From Thermoanaerobaculia bacterium (lineage in GTDB: Bacteria > Acidobacteriota > Thermoanaerobaculia > Multivoradales > JAGPDF01): DNA of 64,000 bases. This document shows, in pieces, positions 57,463 through 64,000 of this stretch. The notes below the pieces were generated by a model, which ran no database searches, had not been told where the DNA came from, and saw only the letters and a program-made list of their open reading frames with translations. The position numbers were made by a program, and so were the translations under genes. The stretch is taken from NCBI GenBank assembly GCA_963806165.1, contig CAWDWZ010000003.1:72233-136232 (forward strand), read 5' to 3'. The stretch's first letter is position 1. Each line of letters starts with the position of its first letter.

Positions 57463-58890
57463 ATGGAGCCAGGCCGAATGAGGCGAGCGCCCCGTTCGCT
57501 GGAGCCCAGGCTCCTGGCAAGAGGAATCTGCTGGGTACTCCTGGGTCTCTCGCCGTTGGCGATCTCGCCTGCTCGAGCTGCGCCCGGTCTGGATCTTTCC
57601 TTGCAGTCTCAGGACTCGTCGCCGGACCGGCGGTTCGAGGTCAGGGTCGATGCTGGGCCGGAGATCACTTCCGTAGTGCTGGAGGCGGACGGGCAGGCTT
57701 CGCACCTCCTGCCTCATCGACCCTTCAGGCTCGCTCTCGACCTCGGCGATTCCTGGCGCCCGCTCTGGGTCGTCGCCGTGGGGCTCGATGCTACGGGCCG
57801 GGAGCGGGCTTGGGCCGGCAACTACCTCCGGGCTCCCGAGGATCTCTCCGCGGCGCTCTTGCGCAGAGCGGGTGACGCCGGCTTCGTCGTCCTAGTGCGA
57901 CCCGCGCTGGGGTTGTCGGTCAACGGCGTGGATCTTGTCGCCGGGAGTACGACGCTCAGGAGCCTCGCCGAGCCGCCGTTTCTCTTCCGGATGGATGGTT
58001 CAGCTGTCGAATCGCTCCTGGCGGCAGCGCCAGTGAGCGCTCGTGTTCGGCTCAGCCGAGGTGCGGTCCTGGAGTCGTGGATCTCCGAGCGCGCCACCGG
58101 CGAGAGCATCGAGGTGCGGGTGGGGCACGTTCGCCTGCAGGGTCCAGCGGAAGTGGCTCTCCCCGCGGTGGACAGCGTCCGGGTCCTCTGGCGGGAAAGG
58201 GCGCAGAAGGTGCTCCAGGTCGAGGGCGGCAACGGCGCGAGCCTCGAGCTCGGGTTGATGGTGGATATCTCGGCGAGCACGAGCACCTTTTTCGCAGCCC
58301 TTCGCCGGGCGGCCAGCAAGGCAGCGCAGAATCTGCTCGGAGCGCAAGACAGACTGTTCGTCGCGAGCTTTGGCGAGGCGCCGCAGCTGCTCGCTTCCGG
58401 CCGGGGCGAGTTCTCCTCGATGCTGGGGCGCTTGCCTGCGGAATCACGAGCCGAGGAGACGGCGCTCTATTCCTCGTTGATCTGGGGCCTACATCAGTTT
58501 CACGGCGACGATGCCCGGGCCGCGCTGATCGTGGTCTCGGACGGTTGCGACACGAACAGTCGCGCGACCCTCGGCGATCTCCTTCGCCTCGCCCGCGAGC
58601 GCGCGATTCCCATCTTTCTCCTGCGCATCGCGAAGCGCTGCCCGACACCCCCTCCCGCTCGCGGTGTGCCGGAGGGCGCCTGGAACAACCCCACCATGAA
58701 GCGCATGCGCCTGGAGGATGCCCTCCAGAAGACCGGCGGCCAAGTCTTCGTCATGAACGACGAAACCGGTCTCGGCGAGGCCTTCAACGCGATCGCCGAG
58801 GTCCTGCGCAGACAGTGGCTCGTCGTCTTCGAGCCAGAATCGGCGGACGTTCGCAGCAGCGACGTCCAGGTGACGGTCCCTGTTCCATAG
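57463..58890 (+). CDS. Secreted VWA-domain protein (acidobacterial VWFA-related type)
   Basis: 475 aa. Signal peptide ...LLGLSPLAISPARAAPG. MIDAS-like LMVDISASTS. Motifs LIVVSDGCDTNS and IPIFLL. GGGAGAGGAA SD. Confidence 0.8.
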   Translation: MEPGRMRRAPRSLEPRLLARGICWVLLGLSPLAISPARAAPGLDLSLQSQDSSPDRRFEVRVDAGPEITSVVLEADGQASHLLPHRPFRLALDLGDSWRPLWVVAVGLDATGRERAWAGNYLRAPEDLSAALLRRAGDAGFVVLVRPALGLSVNGVDLVAGSTTLRSLAEPPFLFRMDGSAVESLLAAAPVSARVRLSRGAVLESWISERATGESIEVRVGHVRLQGPAEVALPAVDSVRVLWRERAQKVLQVEGGNGASLELGLMVDISASTSTFFAALRRAASKAAQNLLGAQDRLFVASFGEAPQLLASGRGEFSSMLGRLPAESRAEETALYSSLIWGLHQFHGDDARAALIVVSDGCDTNSRATLGDLLRLARERAIPIFLLRIAKRCPTPPPARGVPEGAWNNPTMKRMRLEDALQKTGGQVFVMNDETGLGEAFNAIAEVLRRQWLVVFEPESADVRSSDVQVTVPVP

Positions 58891-58930
58891 CCGGGGGCGG
58901 CCACCGGCGAGGGAGTGCTAGCGTAGGATC

Positions 58931-59983
58931 GTGCTGCGCTCCTCGAGTTCGACGAGCGGATCGACTGATCGAGCCGGCCTCATCCGCGCGGTCCTTGCCG
59001 AGCACCGCCTCGTCCTGCTCCTCGTTGCCGGCTATCTGATCGTCGCCGCGCCACTCTTGGGCTGGGGGCTGCACGGGGATTGGCAGTTTCGATTCGGGTA
59101 CGGCTGGCTCTTCGGTGGCTGGGCCGCGGGTTCGGCGCTCGTCCTGCTCTGGGCGCGGCTGCGCGGACGTTTTGGGGAGCTCTGGCGCGCGCCGGTGGTG
59201 GCGGGGGCGCTCGTCGTCCTGGCGCTCGCGGCGCCGTTCCAGAGCACTTTCAACAGCGTCAAACAGGTCCTGCCGCGCTTCGCGCCGTTCTCCTGGGACG
59301 CCTCGCTCGCGGCTCTCGACCGGACGCTCCATGGCGGGATCGATCCCTGGCGCTTCTTCACCTGGATTCTGCGCCATCCGCTCCTGCTCGAGGCCGTGGA
59401 CCTGGTCTACATGCTCTGGTTCGTCCTCCTGCTGGCGGTCGTCGTGGGCTGCGGCTGGTCGACCCGCCGCCGCCTGCGCGCCCGCTTTCTGGTGGCGACG
59501 CTGCTCGCCTTCTTCGGGATCGGCACCGTCGGTGCCTTTGCCTTCAGCAGTGCCGGCCCCTGCTACTACGGACAGGTGGTGAGCGGACCGGATCCGTTCG
59601 TCGAGCTGAATACAGCGCTCGCCACGCGCGTCGACCGTGAGGGGATGCTGCTCTACGCCGTCGAGAACCAGCGCGGCCTGTGGGAGATGGCCGAACAGGG
59701 CAGGCGCGTGCCGCTGGGCGGCATCTCGGCGATGCCGAGCATGCACGTGGCGATGGTGGTTCTGGTGGCGCTCGCCGCCGGGACGGTCGACCGGCGTCTG
59801 GGAGTGGCCGCTTGGGCTTTCGCGCTGTTGACCTTCGTCGGCTCGGTCGTGCTGGCCTGGCACTACGCCGTGGACGGCTACGTGAGCGGCCTCGCGGCGG
59901 CCGGTCTCTGGGCCTGGGTCGGGCGCTGGCGCTCGATCCGGATCCTCCCCGAGACGATCGGTACCGCGAAGATCCCCGGCTAG
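58931..59983 (+). CDS. PAP2_3-type (IPC/sphingomyelin-synthase-like) membrane phosphatase-fold protein
   Basis: 350 aa, GTG start, multi-pass. C2/C3-like motifs AMPSMHVAM and WHYAVDGY. Confidence 0.7.
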   Translation: MLRSSSSTSGSTDRAGLIRAVLAEHRLVLLLVAGYLIVAAPLLGWGLHGDWQFRFGYGWLFGGWAAGSALVLLWARLRGRFGELWRAPVVAGALVVLALAAPFQSTFNSVKQVLPRFAPFSWDASLAALDRTLHGGIDPWRFFTWILRHPLLLEAVDLVYMLWFVLLLAVVVGCGWSTRRRLRARFLVATLLAFFGIGTVGAFAFSSAGPCYYGQVVSGPDPFVELNTALATRVDREGMLLYAVENQRGLWEMAEQGRRVPLGGISAMPSMHVAMVVLVALAAGTVDRRLGVAAWAFALLTFVGSVVLAWHYAVDGYVSGLAAAGLWAWVGRWRSIRILPETIGTAKIPG

Positions 59984-61035
59984 CTGGCTTCGTCGATCTC
60001 GACCAGCCGCGACTCCATCCTGCCGGTGCTGTTGTCGCTGGGCAGGAAGGTCGCGGGCGGCTGGACCATCGGAGGGGCAAACTCGGAGTTCGGCCCGCGC
60101 AGGGTCGGACGCATGGGCGCGGTCTGCGACCGCGGGTCGCGGGTCCGGGCGCGCGTGCCGGAGGTGATCCGGCCGCCGGCGCTGCCGGCGACGCCCACCA
60201 CCGATGGGCCGGCGCCGCCGCCGACCTGGTTGGTGGCGCGTCCCGGATCGAGGTCCTTGCTCGACAAGACGCGCGCCGCCGGCTCGTCGCCGTCCGCGGG
60301 CACCGGCTTGTCGCCGCCGGCCGTCGCCGGGTTGGTTTCCGCCGGCGCGCCGGCCGGGCGGACGAAGCCGCCTTCCGTGGCACCCGCGGCCTCCCGCGGC
60401 GCGGTCGCATCCCCTTCGGTCGCCTTGCGGTCGATCAGCACGCCGGCGATCCGCGCCGGCTCCTCGAACTTCTTCTCCGGCAGCAGCTCGTCGCGATAGT
60501 GACGGTAGGAATAGAGCATCGCCGACGTCGCATGCTCGTTGTCGAGAAGATTCGGATTGACCTCCGGGTTGGCGAGCGCCGGGTCGAGCGCGAGAGCCTT
60601 CGCATACGCGCGGCGCGCCGGGAGCTCGAGTCCCCAGTGGTCGTAGATCGTGCCTGCCTGGTAGTGCGCCCAGGCGTTTCGGGGCTCGAGCTCGATCACG
60701 CGCTTGAACTGCTTCAACGCCGCGCGGCGGTCCTCCCGCCTCTGCAGGAGGAGGCCGAGGTTGAAATGCGCGGCGGCATTTTCCCCGTCGAGCTCGATCG
60801 CCTTGCGATAGGCCGTCTCGGCGCCCGCGATGTCGTCCGCCAGGACCAGGAGGCTCCCGAGGTCGTTCTCGACCGCGGAGTCTGCCGGCCGTTCGGCGAC
60901 GAGCGCGCGCTGCGCGTCGATGGCGCGCCCCAGGTTCTTGGGTGCCGCGCCATAGGCGAGCGCGGCGCAGGCGAGGAAGACGGCAAGAAGCGGGAGGAGC
61001 GGGGTGAGAAGGGGGAGCGGGATGAGCTTGCGCAA
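59980..61035 (-). CDS. TPR-repeat protein with an N-terminal signal/lipobox-like segment and a low-complexity C-terminus
   Basis: C-terminal part of track ORF 59980..62118. The only plausible start after the upstream stop (61071) is TTG 61033-61035 ([22 protein letters not shown]). TPR motifs [23 protein letters not shown] and [11 protein letters not shown]. Confidence 0.6.
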   Translation of the reverse strand: MRKLIPLPLLTPLLPLLAVFLACAALAYGAAPKNLGRAIDAQRALVAERPADSAVENDLGSLLVLADDIAGAETAYRKAIELDGENAAAHFNLGLLLQRREDRRAALKQFKRVIELEPRNAWAHYQAGTIYDHWGLELPARRAYAKALALDPALANPEVNPNLLDNEHATSAMLYSYRHYRDELLPEKKFEEPARIAGVLIDRKATEGDATAPREAAGATEGGFVRPAGAPAETNPATAGGDKPVPADGDEPAARVLSSKDLDPGRATNQVGGGAGPSVVGVAGSAGGRITSGTRARTRDPRSQTAPMRPTLRGPNSEFAPPMVQPPATFLPSDNSTGRMESRLVEIDEAS

Positions 61036-61070
61036 GGGCGGGTCCTTTCGGGTGCTGGAAGATCGTGCGA

Positions 61071-61778
61071 CTACTTGCTGACCGGCTTCGCCTTCAGCTT
61101 GAGCTTGCCGTTCTCGGTGGCGATGCGGAACTGCACCGCCTCGCAGCCGGTCTTCAAGCGGATCGACTCGATCTGCTGCGAGAGGTAGCCGCGGAAGGTC
61201 GTGAGCTCCATCACCGGCGCGGCTCCCGTGCCACTCGCTCCGCTCGCTGGGCTCCGCCCGATCATCTGGCGCGTCAGCCCCCGGTAGAGCGCGTCGACGG
61301 CCTCGGGCTCGAGACGGTCGGTGACGACGATGCCGGCGGCCGCATCGAGCCGGCGTGGCGCCTCCAATTTCGGGCGCGGAGGACGCGCGCCGCGGCCCTC
61401 CTCGAGGTCGCGCAGCCGGCGATGGAAGAGCTCGGAGTAGCTGTTGAATCGGGCTTCGAGAGCGGCGAGCCGGAACTGATCGGCAGCGGCCCGCAGGTTC
61501 GCATTCCGGAGCTCGCGCAGGTCGCGGACGAGCTTCGCCCGCTGCTCGTCCGGCGGAACCACGGCCGCGCCCGCGAAGAAGCGCTCGAAGTCGATCTTGA
61601 ACTTCTCGATGCCATCGGCCAGGGCATCCAGCTGCTGCGCCGCCGACGGACGAGCCGGGACCTCGCTCGCGGCTGGCCGTTTCCCGGGAATTCCGGGCAT
61701 TCCGCGGTTCCCGTTGGGGCCGCGGTTCCCGGTCTTCCCGGTGACCCCCGGGGGGGAGCTGGACTGCCTGGGATTCAC
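61071..61778 (-). CDS. Hypothetical protein, possibly MXAN_5187-like; N-terminal Gly-X-Y run
   Basis: 235 aa from GTG 61776-61778; internal ATG at 61698-61700. Coiled middle FERFFAG...P......L...LRELRN......FRL..LEARF. The family assignment is from memory only. Confidence 0.55.
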   Translation of the reverse strand: MNPRQSSSPPGVTGKTGNRGPNGNRGMPGIPGKRPAASEVPARPSAAQQLDALADGIEKFKIDFERFFAGAAVVPPDEQRAKLVRDLRELRNANLRAAADQFRLAALEARFNSYSELFHRRLRDLEEGRGARPPRPKLEAPRRLDAAAGIVVTDRLEPEAVDALYRGLTRQMIGRSPASGASGTGAAPVMELTTFRGYLSQQIESIRLKTGCEAVQFRIATENGKLKLKAKPVSK

Positions 61779-61811
61779 GGGCCGGATCTCCTAGAATCGG
61801 TTCATCTTCCG

Positions 61812-63237
61812 ATGTCTTCCGTGGACTCCGATCGCCGCCGCGAGCTCCCTGCGGTCGATCGCGTGCTGGCGGATCCACGATTCGAGCCGCTGCAGTCATT
61901 ATACGGAACGAGCGCACTGACCACCCAGGTGCGCTCGGAGCTCGGAGCGCTCCGGCAGGAGCTCGGCGCGGGTCGTCTGAGCGCAGAGGAGCTCGCAGAG
62001 CGGCTCGCGAGCCTTCCCGAGCGCCTCGAGCGCCTCCTACAAGAGCTCTTCGGCCCGCCCCTGAGGCGCGTGCTGAATGCCACCGGAATCTTCCTGCACA
62101 CCAATCTGGGCCGCGCACCGCTGCCCGTTGAAGTCGCCTCCCGGCTGGCTGAGCTCGCGACCGCCGCCTGCGACCTCGAGCTCGATCTCGCGACCGGCCG
62201 CCGGGGAGATCGCGCCGGCCGCCTCGAGCGACTGCTCATCGCGCTCACCGGCGCCGAGGGCGCCTGCGTCACGAACAACAGCGCGGCGGCCCTGCTGCTC
62301 GCCCTGACCGTCCTGGCGAAGGACCGCGAGGTCGTCATCGCGCGCGGTGAGCTGGTGGAGATCGGCGGCTCGTTTCGCATCCCGGAGATCCTCGCGGCTT
62401 CGGGTGCCAGGATCGTCGAGGTGGGGACGACGAATCGCACGCGGCTCGCCGACTACGAGCGCGCGGTGGGGCCGGCGACCGCGCTTCTGCTGAAGGTTCA
62501 TGCGAGCAACTTTCGCATCTCCGGCTTCGTGGCGGCGGTCGAGGCGCCGGCGCTCGCCGACCTCGCCCAGCGCCGCGGACTGTCGCTGGTCGTCGACGAA
62601 GGGGCGGGGCTGCTCCGGCCGCACCCGACCTCGGGGGCCCCGGGGACCCCGCAGACCCCGGCGATCGCCGTCCTCGCCGGGCACCCGAGCATGGCCGAGC
62701 TGCTCGCGCGCCGGCTGCGATCTCGTCATCGGCAGCGGCGACAAGCTGCTCGGCGGACCGCAGGCGGGGCTCCTCGTCGGGCGCCGGGAGCTGGTGGAGC
62801 GCTGCGCGCGGCATCCGCTCTACCGCGCGCTGCGCCCGGGCCGGCTGGTGACGGCGGCGCTCGACGGCGTTCTGCGCCTGCATCTCGCCGGCCGGCCGTT
62901 GCCGATCGACCGCCTCTGGGGGACGCCCGCGAGCCTCGAGCCGCGGCTCGCGGCCCTCGCAAGCCGGCTCGGTGGGGAGATCCTGCCCGCCGCGGCCTTC
63001 GTCGGCGGCGGTGCGGCGCCCGAGATCGCGCTTGCCGGCCGGGCCCTCGCGCTGCCGGGCGACGAAGCGTTCGCGGCGCGGCTTCGGCGCGGGAGCGCGG
63101 GTCTCCCTCCGGTCATCGGCGCCCTGCGCGACGGCCGCTTCTGGCTCGACCTGCGCACCGTCGACCCCGCCGACGACGAGCTGCTGGCGCGCGCCGTCGA
63201 GCGGGCGCTCCAGCCGCCGGCTGGCGCGGGCGGGTGA
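61812..63237 (+). pseudogene. selA: L-seryl-tRNA(Sec) selenium transferase SelA interrupted by a single-base frameshift near 62705-62712 (or an assembly indel)
   Basis: Frame 0 from ATG 61812 reads [24 protein letters not shown]...[16 protein letters not shown]...[11 protein letters not shown]...[17 protein letters not shown]...VGTTNRT...[15 protein letters not shown]...MAELLAR. The rest, [41 protein letters not shown] (PLP-lysine motif), is in frame 1 (track ORF 62500..63237). The 5' part is absent from the track because frame 0 stays open to the window end. Confidence 0.85.
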
Positions 63238-63245
63238 GGCTCGCC

Positions 63246-64000
63246 ATGGCGCTCCGTCTGCTCGTCGTCGAGGACCGCGAACCGTTGCGCCGCATGCTGG
63301 TGCGGGCGCTCTCCGGCGAAGGCTACCTCGTCGAGGCGGCGAGCGATCTCGCGGCGGCGCGGGCGCTCCTCGCGGCCGGTGAACGGATCGATCTCGTGCT
63401 CTCCGATCTGATGTTGCCCGACGGCAGCGGCCTCGACGTCCTGGCGCTCGTGCGCGCGCGGTCGTCGCCGCACCCGCCCCCTCCGGTCGTCGTGCTCACC
63501 GGGTTCGGGTCGGTAGCGGCCGCGGTCGCCGCGATGAAGCTCGGCGCCGCCGATTTCCTCGAGAAGCCGGTCGACCTCGAGCGGCTCTTTCGCCTGGTGG
63601 CGTCGCTCGTCGAGGAGGAAGAGCGCGCGCCGGTCTTCGCGCCGCCTGGAGCCCCGCCCATCGTCGGCTCGCATCCTTTGCTGCGCGCGGCGCTCAAGGC
63701 ACTCGAACGCGTCGCTCCGACCGAGAGCACCGTTCTCCTGACCGGCGAGAGCGGCACGGGAAAGGAGCTCTTCGCGCGCGCCCTGCATGCCCTCTCGCCG
63801 CGGCGCGAAGGACCTTTCGTCGCGGTCAACTGCGCGGCGATCCCGGAGAGCCTGGTCGAGGCCGAGCTCTTCGGACACGAGAAAGGCGCCTTCACCGGCG
63901 CCGACCGGCGGCGTCCGGGGCGGTTCGAGCTCGCGAGCGGCGGCACCCTGCTGCTCGACGAGGTCGGCGAGCTGCCGCTCGCCGTGCAGGCCAAGGTTCT
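63246..64000 (+). CDS. Sigma-54-dependent response regulator (NtrC/Fis family), N-terminal 251 codons; continues beyond the window end
   Basis: ATG 63246. Receiver domain [18 protein letters not shown]...[16 protein letters not shown]+ domain [18 protein letters not shown] and GAFTGA (GAFTGA loop). No stop in the window, so it is not in the track. Confidence 0.9.
   Translation, partial: MALRLLVVEDREPLRRMLVRALSGEGYLVEAASDLAAARALLAAGERIDLVLSDLMLPDGSGLDVLALVRARSSPHPPPPVVVLTGFGSVAAAVAAMKLGAADFLEKPVDLERLFRLVASLVEEEERAPVFAPPGAPPIVGSHPLLRAALKALERVAPTESTVLLTGESGTGKELFARALHALSPRREGPFVAVNCAAIPESLVEAELFGHEKGAFTGADRRRPGRFELASGGTLLLDEVGELPLAVQAKV

Noticed and set aside
62500-63237. 245-aa track ORF as an independent gene
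   Set aside because: Its first ~70 residues are low-complexity out-of-frame sequence overlapping the selA 5' part. Only residues from ...[17 protein letters not shown] onward match SelA, so it is the 3' fragment of the frameshifted selA.

Overview
The window is a GC-rich chromosomal segment, roughly 68-72% G+C by eye (not computed). It holds about 60 protein genes, four tRNAs and one cobalamin riboswitch. I saw no CRISPR array, IS element, integrase or prophage genes. The gene content suggests an Acidobacteriota-like organism; this is inference only. It rests on an acidobacterial-type VWA protein, a TIGR02999-type ECF sigma factor paired with a TPR Ser/Thr kinase, MglA/MglB, and many secreted beta-propellers. 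Gene order, left to right: rseP-dxr-cdsA-uppS-truA; GNAT; uvrD; FAD oxidase; DUF362; FG-GAP propeller; XylR_N/V4R-GGDEF-EAL. Next comes a minimal nap locus (haem-binding protein, napA, napB), a delta-60-repeat propeller, ECF sigma plus kinase, and a methyltransferase with two glycosyltransferases. Then a small-protein/NTase-fold cassette, a collinear GDPD-mglB-mglA-ORF178-glmU-glmS string, an S8/P-domain protease overlapping a membrane GGDEF gene, an SDR, and tRNA-Pro/Arg/His/Arg. Then a B12 riboswitch with btuB (frameshifted) and btuFCD, FAH, NUDIX, and crcB-DUF190-lipoprotein. Then Tat-DUF362 plus a terpene-cyclase-like protein divergent from tldD-pmbA, ychF, and a 14-repeat propeller. The window ends with Phd/ParE, VWA, PAP2, TPR, selA (frameshifted) and a partial NtrC-type regulator. 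Most long ORFs in the supplied track are antisense or out-of-frame shadows typical of high-GC DNA. Several real features are missing from the track because they have no in-window stop (rseP; the selA 5' part and the ntrC-like gene share one open frame) or are under 60 aa. The most noteworthy observations are these. (1) An identical ~20-aa C-terminal tail is shared by three unrelated secreted propeller proteins. (2) A propeller gene is built from 14 near-identical 114-120 nt tandem units. (3) A perfect 19-bp inverted repeat buries a start codon between truA and the GNAT gene. (4) mglBA sits in a tight gene string with glmUS and an unassigned basic protein. (5) A translationally coupled Tat-DUF362/terpene-cyclase-like pair faces tldD-pmbA. 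(6) Two single-base frameshifts (btuB, selA) both fall in GCGCGC runs. I found no single clear-cut novel system. Family names come from memory of motifs, not from searches.
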